A program made the position numbers and the translations under genes. A DNA stretch of 64,000 bases from an uncultured delta proteobacterium (GTDB lineage Bacteria; Desulfobacterota; Desulfobacteria; Desulfobacterales; SG8-13), in NCBI GenBank assembly GCA_963848135.1, contig CAWKCK010000005.1, positions 372,001 to 436,000 of the forward strand, given 5' to 3'. How positions within the stretch are numbered: position 1 is the first letter of the stretch; every line of letters begins with the position of its first letter. Positions 40,671-51,365 of the stretch are shown one piece after another. The notes beneath the pieces are model-generated. The model saw nothing but the letters and a program-made list of their open reading frames with translations. It made no database searches and was not told the DNA's origin.

Positions 40671-42524
40671 ATGGACAACTCGTCACGCAAAATATTGAAA
40701 CAGGTTTTCGGTTACGACGATTTCAGGCAAAACCAACACGAAATCATCGAAACCGTTATTAGCGGAAAAGATGCGTTCGTATTGATGCCCACCGGCAGCG
40801 GGAAGTCAATATGCTACCAGATCCCTGCCATCATGGGCAACGGCGTCGGTATCATCATCTCACCGCTGATTGCCTTGATGGAAGACCAGGTTAAAGGGCT
40901 GCTGCAAAATGGTGTCCGCGCCGCTTACCTGAACTCGACGTTGCCATTATCAGAAGCACAAAACGTCCAGCGCAAGGCCGCAGATGACCGATTGGACATT
41001 CTTTACGTTGCCCCGGAAAAGCTGCTCACCCGCGATTTTCAGCGTTTTCTCACGAGCATCAATCCGGCGCTTTTCGCCATCGACGAGGCCCACTGTGTAT
41101 CCCAGTGGGGTCATGATTTCCGGCCGGAATACCTCCGCATAAACGAGGTGACTAGGAATTTTCCGGACACCCCTCGGATAGCACTGACGGCAACCGCCGA
41201 TGCTATTACCCGCAAAGATATACTCGAAAAGCTCGAACTTCAACGCGCAGAAGTTTTTATCAGTAGTTTCGACCGGCCCAACATCAGCTATCGTGTGCAG
41301 GCCAAACAGGGGGACAAACAGCAGTTGCTCGCTTTCATCCGGAGAGAGCACCCGGAGAGCTCGGGCATCGTTTATGTGAGAACCCGCAAACGAACGGAGT
41401 TGATCGCATCCTGGCTCACGCAACAGGGTATCGAGGCGCTTCCCTATCATGCCGGATTGCCCGCGGACATCCGGTTTGAAAATCAGAAGCGGTTTCAGGA
41501 AAATGACACACGGGTTATCGTTGCCACTATCGCCTTCGGCATGGGCATCGACAAACCGGACGTTCGCTTCGTCGTTCACCTGGATTTACCGGCCAGTATG
41601 GAAGCCTACTACCAGGAGACCGGACGCGCCGGTCGAGACGGACAGCCGGCGGATGCCTGGATGTTGTATTCGCTTGCCGATGTGATTGCCATGCGCCGGC
41701 TCTTTGAATTGTCGGAAGGCAATGAGGAATTCAAGCACATCCAGCGCAAGAAATTGGATGCGCTTTTGGGGTACTGCGAAGCGGTTGAGTGCCGAAGAAA
41801 GATCTTGCTGAACTATTTTGGAGAAAAATACGAGGGGCCGTGCCAGACGTGCGGCAACTGCCTCAACCCTGTGGAAAGCTATGATGGAACGGTTGCTGCA
41901 CAAAAAGCGTTGTCGTGCGTTTATAGAACCGGCCAGCGCTTCGGGGCGGCCCATTTGGCCAACGTGCTGATGGGCAACGAAAGCCAGCAGGTTCAGCGCT
42001 GGAAGCACGACCGCATAAAAACCTTTGGTGTGGGCAAAGAACTGGACAAGAATTCATGGATGTCGGTATTTCGACAGCTGCTTTCGGCCGGACTCCTCTC
42101 GGTGGATTTAGGGCAATTTGCCGGCATTCGTTTGACTGCGGACAGTTGGCCCGTATTAAAGGGGCAGCGAAACGTTTTCTTCAGAAAAGATTCAGTGTAT
42201 TCAAAAGCCCGGAAAAACAAGAAACCTTCAAAAGCCACCGAGCGGTTCTTTAAAAACGAAGAAAACCGGCAGCTTTTTGAGACCCTGCGAAAGCTGCGGC
42301 TCGATATTTCCCGGCAACTGGAGGTGCCGCCCTATATCATTTTTCCCGACAAATCATTGATAGAGATGGCTGCGCTCAAACCGGCGTCTGTGGAGGCTTT
42401 TTTGCAGATCACAGGTGTGGGAGAATCTAAGGCGCACCGATACAGTGCAGTCTTTCTGGATTGCATTCGCGGTGAGAAAATCGATTTGTCACGCTATATC
42501 GAACAACTTAAAGGTCAAGGATGA
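40671..42524 (+). CDS. recQ: ATP-dependent DNA helicase RecQ
   Basis: MPTGSGKSICYQ, IDEAHCVSQWGHDFRPEY, ATIAFGMGIDK, QETGRAGRDG; Zn-binding Cys, RQC and HRDC domains. Confidence 0.97.
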   Translation: MDNSSRKILKQVFGYDDFRQNQHEIIETVISGKDAFVLMPTGSGKSICYQIPAIMGNGVGIIISPLIALMEDQVKGLLQNGVRAAYLNSTLPLSEAQNVQRKAADDRLDILYVAPEKLLTRDFQRFLTSINPALFAIDEAHCVSQWGHDFRPEYLRINEVTRNFPDTPRIALTATADAITRKDILEKLELQRAEVFISSFDRPNISYRVQAKQGDKQQLLAFIRREHPESSGIVYVRTRKRTELIASWLTQQGIEALPYHAGLPADIRFENQKRFQENDTRVIVATIAFGMGIDKPDVRFVVHLDLPASMEAYYQETGRAGRDGQPADAWMLYSLADVIAMRRLFELSEGNEEFKHIQRKKLDALLGYCEAVECRRKILLNYFGEKYEGPCQTCGNCLNPVESYDGTVAAQKALSCVYRTGQRFGAAHLANVLMGNESQQVQRWKHDRIKTFGVGKELDKNSWMSVFRQLLSAGLLSVDLGQFAGIRLTADSWPVLKGQRNVFFRKDSVYSKARKNKKPSKATERFFKNEENRQLFETLRKLRLDISRQLEVPPYIIFPDKSLIEMAALKPASVEAFLQITGVGESKAHRYSAVFLDCIRGEKIDLSRYIEQLKGQG

Positions 42525-42569
42525 AAGAAAACATAAAATGTCCGGCAGGGTTCAAATCGTTCATTGCAT

Positions 42570-42855
42570 TTACCGGGATCGATACTTAATCATCTCGGCC
42601 ACAATATTGACGGCAATCTCCTTGGGCGTTTCAGCTCCGATGGCAAGGCTGACGGGGCAGTGCTCGCGGTCGATTTAGGGGCTAGAGTAACCCCCTCTGC
42701 CCGCAAGGCACCATGAATCGTGTTACGCTTGCGGACGTTGCCGATCATTCCGATGGTTCCCACATCCGCGGCCAACGCCCGGGCCAGAACGATTTTTTCG
42801 TGCAGATGCCCGTGGCGATTGACAAGAGGATGGATACCCACATCAAAACATCTAC
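42570..42855 (-). pseudogene. C-terminal remnant of an XdhC/CoxI family gene
   Basis: GHLHEKIVLARAL....GTIGMIG..RKR..I..AL..EG, frameshift, then HCPVSLAIGAETPKEIAVNIVAEMI; degenerate. Confidence 0.75.
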
Positions 42856-42861
42856 ACGCCC

Positions 42862-43494
42862 TCAAGGTAACGGCTTCAACTCGGCAATCTCGGCGCGCAA
42901 TCGAATATTTTCTGACTTGAGTTCGGCCACTTGCCGTTTCAGAGGCGATAAGACATCTTCCATCTCTTCTCTTGTCCATCGTTCCTGAATGTACTTGCGA
43001 CAATTTACATCCCAAGCTTGCACATGAAAAACCAGGGCGCGCTCGGCCACGGTCTCATACCCTGGATCTGCCAGGCGCGCCAACAGATTTGGATCGCTTT
43101 CAATAAATTTCGCTCGCCCCCATAGTTTAATGCGGGTCCGGGTGGGGTAATCGATAAAGAACATGAACGCTCGATCATTTTCACTCAAATTGCCGAGAGA
43201 GATGTATTGACGGTTGCCAGCATAGTCGGCAAATGCAAGGGTCTTCGGGTCAATTACTTTTACAAATCCTTTTGGCCCCCCACGATATTGAATGTAGGGG
43301 CGGCCGTCGCGGCTCGCGGTCCCAAAGTAGAAAAAATCCCGCTGATCGAGGAAGTTCGCCAGAGATTCATCTACCGTATCCTTCCAGCCCCCACTGCGTT
43401 CCAGGATTTCGTAAGTCTTCCGCGAACCGCGTTGCCGCTGGGCCGCCTTGACGGCTTCCGTGAAGGCAGTATTGCTGACTGGTTTTTTAACCAC
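42862..43494 (-). CDS. Pyridoxamine 5'-phosphate oxidase family FMN-binding protein
   Basis: AFT..VKA.Q...GSR, PYIQYRGGP.GF, ADY.GNRQYIS.GNL, AWDVNC. Confidence 0.88.
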   Translation of the reverse strand: MVKKPVSNTAFTEAVKAAQRQRGSRKTYEILERSGGWKDTVDESLANFLDQRDFFYFGTASRDGRPYIQYRGGPKGFVKVIDPKTLAFADYAGNRQYISLGNLSENDRAFMFFIDYPTRTRIKLWGRAKFIESDPNLLARLADPGYETVAERALVFHVQAWDVNCRKYIQERWTREEMEDVLSPLKRQVAELKSENIRLRAEIAELKPLP

Positions 43495-43571
43495 TTCGGC
43501 CTCCTACGTTTGAAAACAGCATGAACCACCAACGGATGGCCCCGGATTTACCCGACGATTATTATGAAAAG

Positions 43572-46500
43572 TCAGTTGGCCAGATCCCGCTCGAGGGCTT
43601 CGATTTCGCGCTCGACACGGTTGGCTGACGAAGTGAAGCGGGCCAGTAGTGAATAGGCCACTGGAACCAGAAAGAGAGTCAGGGCGGTGGAGAGCACCAC
43701 CCCGGCGATGATGACGACGCCGATAGTGAACCGGCTTTCCGCACCGGCACCGGTGGCCAGGACCAAGGGAATGGCGCCAATGGCGGTGGACACCGAAGTC
43801 ATCAACACCGGTCGCAGGCGGGTGCGGGCGGATTCCAGAATCGCATCCGCTACCGATTTGCCTTCGTTACGCAACTGGTTGGCAAACTCGACGATCAAAA
43901 TGCCGTTTTTGGCCGCCAGTCCAATGAGAACCAAGATGCCGACCTGGCTGTAGACATTGAGAGAACTACCGGCAAGATACAGGCCGCCGAGAGCTCCAGC
44001 CACAGCCAGCGGAACGGTCAGCATTATCGTTAGAGGATGCACGAAACTTTCGAACTGCGCCGCAAGCACCAGAAACACGATCAATAGAGAGAGACCAAAG
44101 GCAAATATCAATGCCCGTGAGGCATCCACGAACTCACGGGACTGGCCTTTGTAATTTATGACCGGCGTCGAACCCAGTTCCTCCCGCGTAATTTTTTCCA
44201 GGTAAGTGAGGGCATCCCCCAGGAGATAACCGTCCTCGAGGGTGGTGGAGAGAGTGATGGACCGTAGGCGGTTGAACCGGTTCTTTACCGCCGAATCGGC
44301 AAATTCTCGCAGGGACACCAAACTGGAGAGCGGGATCAGTTCACTTCCGGTTTCCGATCGGACGTAGATGTTGCGGATATCCGTGGGCGTCTGTTTTTGT
44401 TCCTTTTTGCCTTCGATGATCACATCGTATTCTTCGCCGCGATCGATGTAGGTGGTCACCTTTCGGAATCCGAGCATGGTTTCCAGTGTTCGACCGATCT
44501 GGGCAATGCTCACTCCCAAATCAGCGGCGCGGTCTTTATCGATGAAGACCTCCAGCTGCGGCTTGGTTTCCTTGTAATCACTCTCCAGGTTCGATAGCCC
44601 CTTGTTTTCTTCGGCGCGCGCGATCAGCACGTCGCGCCACCGCGCCAGTTCTTCGTAATCACTACCGCCCAATACGAATTCGACAGGCTTTCCGGCGCCG
44701 CCACCCAGGCCGCGACGCGCCACCGTGAAAGCGCGGTATCCGGGCAGAGCCGCCAGTTGGCGGTTGACATCCGTCATTATTTCCTGCATGGACCGGTCAC
44801 GTTCAGACCACGGGCTGAGGACCACGATTCCCCGGACGCTATTGACCTCGTTAGTGCTTGCAAATGAAGCTGGCACCCTCAGCAGCACACGGGTCGCCTC
44901 CCCGTTCTCGTACAGGGGCATCAATACGTCCTCCATGCGCTCCAGCATTTCGTAGGACTTATCGAACCCGGCGCCTTCGGGACCGTCAGCAATCACGAAG
45001 AAGGCGCCGCGGTCCTCCAGGGGAGAGTATTCTTTATCGATCAGGGTGTAGAGCAAGGGTATCGATATCAGTGTGATCGCAAAGATCACGGCAACAACCC
45101 ATTTGCGTTTCATCAACCCCGCCAGCAAGCGGCCGTAGCGTTCCGAGGCCGCCTCCTGCAGTCGTGATAAACGGCCGTACTTCTGCGGTGCTCCCAGTGG
45201 GCGCGCCTTCAAGATCCGGGAACACATCATCGGTGAGAGAGTGAGCGCCACCAGACTCGAAAGGCAGACGGCTCCGGCCAGGGCGATGGCGAATTCCGAA
45301 AAAAGCCGTCCTGTGTTGCCCTGCATAAAGGTAATCGGCACGAATACCGCCACGAGCACCAAGGTCGTGGCAATCACGGCAAAGCCGACCTGACGGGTCC
45401 CCTTGAGAGCCGCCAGCAGGGGTGGTTCTCCCTGCTGTATGCGGCGAAAAATATTTTCCAGAACGACGATAGCATCATCCACCACCATACCGATAGCCAG
45501 AATCATGGCCAACAGCGTCAGCAGGTTGACGGAGAAATCCATAATCCAAAGAACGGCAAAAGAGGCGATCAGGGATACCGGCACGGTAAGGGCTGGTACG
45601 AGAGTGGCCCGAAAGCTTCCGAGAAAAAGAAACAATACCGCCACTACCAGTATGGCGGTGATAGCCAAGGTTTTGTATACCTCTAAGATGGACGCTTCAA
45701 TGAAAACGGACGTATCGTAACTTTGAATCAACTGCATCCCCTCGGGGAGTGTTTTGTTGACCACTTCGGCTTCCCGCTTTACGGCATGAGCCACATCGAG
45801 GGTGTTGGCTTTGGACTGCCGGACGATACCGAGCCCCACCATGGGGATGCGATTGCCCCTCAGCACGCTGCGGTTGTCCTCGGCTCCGCGCTCCACGCGG
45901 GCAAAGTCTTGGAGGCGGATCAAGTGACCGTCCCGCCCTTGCCGGACCACCAATCGTCCGAAATCTTCAGCATTGTTGAACAAACGGGTCACTCGTACGG
46001 TGAACTCTTTGCGGGTCGATTCCACGCGGCCCGCGGGAAGCTCCACGTTCTGGGCGCGCAGCGCCTGCTCGACGTCGGCGGCGGTAACCTCCTGGGCGGC
46101 CATGACCTGGCGGTCGAGCCAAATGCGCATGGCATAGCGGCGGGCACCGCCAACCCACACCCGCGCAACGCCGTCCAGCACTGAAAATCGGTCCACAAGG
46201 AACCGTTGGGCATAATCGGTCAGTTCCAGTCCATCCATGCGATCGCTGACAAGGTTTAACCACATGATGACGCTGCTGTTGGAATCGACCTTGAAGATTT
46301 CGGGAGGCTCGGCCTCTTCGGGTAGGTTGTCCAGGATGCGGGAGATACGGTCTCGGACGTCGTTAACCGCCGCTTCCAGGTCACGGTCGATATAAAATTC
46401 CACCGTCACTTCCGAAATCCCGTCACGGCTAACCGAATCGACGGAACGGATCCCTTCGATCCCGCTAATGGCATCTTCGATAACCTGCGTCACGCGGGTC

Positions 46501-46679
46501 TCGACGACAGTGGCGGCAGCACCAGGATATCTTGATTCGACGGAAACCACCGGCGGATCGATATCCGGGTATTCCCTGACGGGCAGGCGGTTGAAACTGA
46601 TGACGCCGAACACAATCAGCAATATGCTGAAAACTGTCGCCAATACCGGGCGCCGTATGGAGATATCGGACAAAAACAT
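43572..46679 (-). CDS. RND efflux permease (AcrB family)
   Basis: RRPV.A, AIGMVVDDAIVVLENI, GLAAKNGILIVEFA, RLRPVLMT. Confidence 0.95.
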   Translation of the reverse strand: MFLSDISIRRPVLATVFSILLIVFGVISFNRLPVREYPDIDPPVVSVESRYPGAAATVVETRVTQVIEDAISGIEGIRSVDSVSRDGISEVTVEFYIDRDLEAAVNDVRDRISRILDNLPEEAEPPEIFKVDSNSSVIMWLNLVSDRMDGLELTDYAQRFLVDRFSVLDGVARVWVGGARRYAMRIWLDRQVMAAQEVTAADVEQALRAQNVELPAGRVESTRKEFTVRVTRLFNNAEDFGRLVVRQGRDGHLIRLQDFARVERGAEDNRSVLRGNRIPMVGLGIVRQSKANTLDVAHAVKREAEVVNKTLPEGMQLIQSYDTSVFIEASILEVYKTLAITAILVVAVLFLFLGSFRATLVPALTVPVSLIASFAVLWIMDFSVNLLTLLAMILAIGMVVDDAIVVLENIFRRIQQGEPPLLAALKGTRQVGFAVIATTLVLVAVFVPITFMQGNTGRLFSEFAIALAGAVCLSSLVALTLSPMMCSRILKARPLGAPQKYGRLSRLQEAASERYGRLLAGLMKRKWVVAVIFAITLISIPLLYTLIDKEYSPLEDRGAFFVIADGPEGAGFDKSYEMLERMEDVLMPLYENGEATRVLLRVPASFASTNEVNSVRGIVVLSPWSERDRSMQEIMTDVNRQLAALPGYRAFTVARRGLGGGAGKPVEFVLGGSDYEELARWRDVLIARAEENKGLSNLESDYKETKPQLEVFIDKDRAADLGVSIAQIGRTLETMLGFRKVTTYIDRGEEYDVIIEGKKEQKQTPTDIRNIYVRSETGSELIPLSSLVSLREFADSAVKNRFNRLRSITLSTTLEDGYLLGDALTYLEKITREELGSTPVINYKGQSREFVDASRALIFAFGLSLLIVFLVLAAQFESFVHPLTIMLTVPLAVAGALGGLYLAGSSLNVYSQVGILVLIGLAAKNGILIVEFANQLRNEGKSVADAILESARTRLRPVLMTSVSTAIGAIPLVLATGAGAESRFTIGVVIIAGVVLSTALTLFLVPVAYSLLARFTSSANRVEREIEALERDLAN

Positions 46680-46692
46680 GGCTGGTCCTCAG

Positions 46693-47793
46693 TTACCCGG
46701 CAATTCGGCCGAGTTCGCGAATTTCAACCACATTGACAAAAGTGCCCTGCCGGACGCGCGTGAGGCCCTGAATGATGACCTGATGCCCATCCTTCAACCC
46801 GCTGATAACCTCCACCTTCCCCGGACTGCGCCGGCCCGTGACGATCTCTATTTTATCGACCTTATTTTCAGGAGTAACCAGTAAGACGTATTTTTTATCC
46901 TTTTCCTGAATCACGGCCTCCTCAGGGATGATCAGGGAGGGTGAGCGGTCCTTGATCAGGTTTACGGCCAGCAGCATGCCCGGTTTCAGCAAACGATCCG
47001 GGTTGGGTATCTGGGCGCGTACCATCAATGTGCGGGTTTCGGGATCGACCCGACTGCTAATGGCGGTCACCGAACCGTCGAATTTCCGATCAGGATAGGC
47101 GGGACTACGGGCAATGACTTCCATGCCGATATTGAGAGCGCCAAGATAGATTTCCGATATGGTGAAATCGAGCTTGATAACTGTGGTGTCATCCAAAGTG
47201 GTGATCACCGAGTCCGAATCCACCACTGCGCCGGTGCTGATCTGGCGGGTGCCCAGAATTCCGGAAAACGGGGCCCGAATGGTGTAATCCTGCAAGCGCG
47301 CTTCCATGTTGGCTACTTTAGCCCTCGCGATCTCCATGAGGCCTTTTTCTTCATCCAGTTGGGATCGAGAAGTCGCGTTCGTTTTTGCCAAGCGACTCAT
47401 TCTTGCATACTGCTTTTCCTGCTCCTGAAAAGCCGCTCTTTCCTCGGCCAGCAAATATTGGGCTTCGCTGTCGTCCAGTTTGACCAATACTTGGCCTTGG
47501 ATCACGACGTCGCCGTCGTCAAAAAATATGCCGACGACACGGTCGTCAACCGTGGGGGTAATGATAACCGACTCGTTGGCCTTCGCCGTTCCCAGGGCCT
47601 CCAAGGTCTCCGTAAATGGTTCGGTTGTCGCCACGGCGGTCACGATAGGTACCGCGGCCTTGGCGGACGTCAACGCCAGTGCTTGTCCGGAGGTCTTCTC
47701 TGCGCCGGTTCTCAACTGAGGCACAATAATCAGTGTTGCAGCAATCACGACAGCCAGGCTTGCTGTTATGGTTATAATGGGTTTTTTTCGCAT
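46693..47793 (-). CDS. RND periplasmic adaptor subunit
   Basis: N-terminal TM; GT..ANESV.I, IRAPFSG, RVDPETRT, LKPGM. Confidence 0.9.
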   Translation of the reverse strand: MRKKPIITITASLAVVIAATLIIVPQLRTGAEKTSGQALALTSAKAAVPIVTAVATTEPFTETLEALGTAKANESVIITPTVDDRVVGIFFDDGDVVIQGQVLVKLDDSEAQYLLAEERAAFQEQEKQYARMSRLAKTNATSRSQLDEEKGLMEIARAKVANMEARLQDYTIRAPFSGILGTRQISTGAVVDSDSVITTLDDTTVIKLDFTISEIYLGALNIGMEVIARSPAYPDRKFDGSVTAISSRVDPETRTLMVRAQIPNPDRLLKPGMLLAVNLIKDRSPSLIIPEEAVIQEKDKKYVLLVTPENKVDKIEIVTGRRSPGKVEVISGLKDGHQVIIQGLTRVRQGTFVNVVEIRELGRIAG

Positions 47794-48238
47794 ATATCCC
47801 TCATCAGACGCCAACCAGATTACGCCATCTTATTTAGCGCCAAATTATTTTTATGTTCTGTTGACTTGTTAAATCTATCACTATCGCAAGGATTGCATTT
47901 CACTAGCTTAAGCACCCCTTTGGACGAATCAAGCACAACCGTTCCAACGCGTTGAAACTTCCATAGAGTCCTCGGTGGATCATGGGCCGCAAATCGTTGG
48001 TTTATTTTCCGTTAAAACTATTTTATTTCAGATAGATAGCCTTATTTCGCAGCATACGTTAAAGCTTCCGGCATGTAATATAGATAGAGGTAAATACTCC
48101 TATAAAACTATCAAACAACACCTATTGTCCGGTCGCTCATGAGTGCTCATTTTTAAGGAGTGAAAATAGACATCAAGCGTGGAATTATGTCGACATGCGG
48201 TGCATGATATGACGACATGTTAATGAATGGAGAGATTG

Positions 48239-49301
48239 ATGAAATGGTCTTTTAAAATCGGCCGGTTTGCCGGCATAGACGTATATATGCATTTTACATT
48301 CATTTTGTTGATCGGTTGGGTGGCACTGTACACTGGCGGCAAGGACAGAGTGTTGCGGCCGCGGTGGCCGGTGTGACCTTTATCCTGGTTGTGTTCCTTT
48401 GTGTGGTTTTGCACGAATTCGGCCATGCCTTGACGGCCAGACGATACGGTATCAAAACGCGTGATATCATTCTGCTGCCGATTGGCGGGGTGGCGCGCTT
48501 AGAACGATTGCCAACAAATCCGATGCAGGAGTTGTGTGTCGCACTGGCCGGACCAGCTGTAAATGTCGTCATCGCTGTCGTGTTATTCGTTTGGCTGAAA
48601 CTTACGGTAACACTCGAACCGCTGCAGGCATTGACAATGACGACCGGGCCATTTCTGGAGCGCATCATGGCAGTGAATCTGTTCCTGATAGCATTCAACA
48701 TGATCCCGGCCTTTCCAATGGACGGCGGTCGTGTGCTGCGCGCGATTCTTGCCACCGAAAGGAATATGCCCGAGCGACCCAGATAGCGGCTACCATCGGA
48801 CAGGGAATTGCCGTTCTCTTCGGGTTTATTGGCCTTTTCTACAATCCATTTTTACTATTTATCGCGTTTTTCGTGTGGATCGGTGCCACCCAGGAAGCGA
48901 GTATGGCCCAACTGAAATCGGCCATCGGCGGCATTCCGGTTCAACAGGCCATGATCACTGATTTTAAGACCCTCCATCGATACGATAGCCTGGAGCGTGC
49001 TGTCGAACTGACGCTGGCGGGTTCTCAAAAGGATTTTCCGATGGTGGACAACGGCGACATCGAGGGCGTGTTGACTCAAACCGATCTGATGAAAGCTCTT
49101 AGAGAGAAGGATCGTCACCCCGCGGTAGCAGCGGTGATTCAAAAAGAATTCGTGACGGTGGATTCGCTGGAGATGCTAGAAATAGGCTATCACCAAGGTC
49201 AGAGATGCAAATGCACAGTTGCGGTGAACGCAAGGGCCGTTTGGTCGGATGTTGACGATCGAAAATATTTTGAAGATTTGCCCGATTCACGACCATTTTG
49301 A
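48239..49301 (+). CDS. Site-2 (M50) zinc metalloprotease with CBS domains, frameshifted in this sequence
   Basis: MKWSFKIGRFAGIDVY.H start; HEFGH, LLPIGGVA, ALAGP.VN, NMIPAFPMDGGR; split over at least three frames; 3' end uncertain. Confidence 0.8.
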
Positions 49302-49426
49302 AGTGCAGAATTTTCCCGAGTATTCCAAACTTGAGCGCATAGTGCACACTGTCCTCGACCTCAACCCCGCCTGTCACTTCATGGAAAATAGAATGCTGAT
49401 TTCGGCCATTGAATCATGTTTGGGGT

Positions 49427-50925
49427 TCACCCCCCAGGGGTCAGAACGACGGCACCCATGGTCTGTCGGGCTTCGATTCGATTATGGGCTTCAGCCGCCT
49501 GGCTTAAGGGAAACGCTTCGATGGCGGGAATGATCGTGCGGCTTTGAATCTTTGCGAACAATTGATGGGCGAGGCGTTGCAAGTAGGACCGATCGTCAAA
49601 ATAGTCGAAACATACCGGGGCCGATACGGTCAGGGACCGCTGTTTCAACACGTTCACGTCTATGGGGATTGGCTGTTCGTCACGGTCACCGATGACGGCG
49701 CAGTGCCCGCAGCGGGACAGGCAGGCGACGGCGGCATCGAGCCCATGGGCGCCGCTGCTGTGGACCCAGTAATCGACCCCGCGCCCATTGGTGATGCGCA
49801 TCACTTCGGCCGCCAACGGTTGGCATCGTCCGCGACCACAATGGGGTGGTCGCAGCCGTGGTCCCGGCTGAACTTGGCTTTCTCGGCGGTGGATACCGTG
49901 CCGATGACGGTGAGGCCCATGGATTTGGCCCATTGGCTGAGCAAGTGGCCCACACCGCCGGAAACCGCCTGGATCAGGATTGTCGCGCCCGGGGCGGCCC
50001 TGAACACGCGGCTCGAGCAGCAAGGCCGCCGTAACGCCTTTGAGCAACATTGACGCCTCAATATCGGAGAGGCCATCGGGCAGGGGCATGCATGCATCGG
50101 CATCGATACAGCGGATGTCGGCATAGGCCCCGGGAGTTCGGCTCATGTAGGCGACACGGTCACCCGGGAACAGGCCGTTGACCTGTTCTCCCACATCGAT
50201 GATCTCACCCACGCCTTCCACGCCCGGTGTCCCCGGCAGGTCAAAATCCAGTGGAGATTCCCCGGCGATGCTTGAGGTCGAGGGTAGTTGACCGCAATGG
50301 CGGTCTGACGGATGCGCACTTGCCGGGGGTCCGGCGCAGGAACCGTCACATCTCTCAGGGACATGACCTCGGGCCCACCGGTGGCCGCCACCACCACCGC
50401 CTTTGACGGCAAGTGCTCGCCGGCAGAGGCCACAACCACCGCCGTCTCGCGTTTTGCCGGATGGCAGCCGCGACGGGTGCGGCCTGTTCGGCCAGAAACG
50501 TCCGCAGCCCCGTGAACCCGGCCTCGTAGATCTGCCGGCCGACCAGGTTTTCAAGCTCTGCGGCACGATCGTCCGGGCGCGCGAAACTGCGAGCGCCAGT
50601 CCCAGAAGGTCTGGTTGCCGTCGGTCACCGGCTTGAGGCGAACCGTGGCCACATAGTCAAGAAGCGGCAGGGATGAATCGAGGATGCTGTAGGTAATGGT
50701 GGAATCGCGGTCACTGTGATGCAGCAGCTGTTCACGCAGTTCGGCGCCGTCGGTGAGGTTGAATCGCCGCACACCGCCGACCACATCCCCATCGAGATCG
50801 TTTTCCATCTGGCTGCGGGCCACCGCCGGATGCCACCGGTGGTGACTGTTGAAATCGCGCAGCACGGCCCACACCCGATCGATGGGGGCGTCGATGACGG
50901 CCGATCGAATGACAATGATCTTCAT
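49427..50925 (-). CDS. SRPBCC domain fused to a Qor-type MDR quinone oxidoreductase, frameshifted in this sequence
   Basis: IRSAVIDAPIDRVW..LRDFN..W; then GGPEV, AIAVNY, PGVEGVG, GDRVAY, GGVG..LSQWAK..G, FPLSQAAEAH..IE.R across several frames. Confidence 0.75.
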
Positions 50926-51362
50926 CGTTGCCCGTAGCGTTTCTTCAATGCGTCCAAGCCGGTCTGAAACATCCCGTCGCCGACGGTTTCGGCCAACTCG
51001 GCAACCTTTTCCGACGGGCAATCGAATTCCGCCCGCCACTCCACGAAGCAGCGGTTGCCCTCGGTGACGGGAAACAGCCGCAAGGTGGCCACGTAGTCAC
51101 TCAGATCCATGGGGCTTTCCAGGATGGTATAGATGCAGGTGTAGTCGTAATCCGACAGCGACAGCAGCTTTTCCCGAATCCGGGCGCCGTCCTTGAGCTG
51201 GAAATTTCTCACGCACCCGACCTTGTCGGCCGGATGGCCTTTTTCGATGCGGCTCAATACGATCAACGGGTGCCAGTTGGCCAGCCCGTTGAAATCTCGA
51301 AGGTCCCGCCACACCCGATCGGCCGGGGCGTCCAGGACCGTGGACCGATAGACCTTGACCAT
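50922..51362 (-). CDS. SRPBCC / polyketide cyclase-like (START fold) protein
   Basis: STVLDAPADRVW..LRDFN....WHP, VGCVRNF, IREKLL.LSD. Confidence 0.88.
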   Translation of the reverse strand: MVKVYRSTVLDAPADRVWRDLRDFNGLANWHPLIVLSRIEKGHPADKVGCVRNFQLKDGARIREKLLSLSDYDYTCIYTILESPMDLSDYVATLRLFPVTEGNRCFVEWRAEFDCPSEKVAELAETVGDGMFQTGLDALKKRYGQR

Positions 51363-51365
51363 TGG

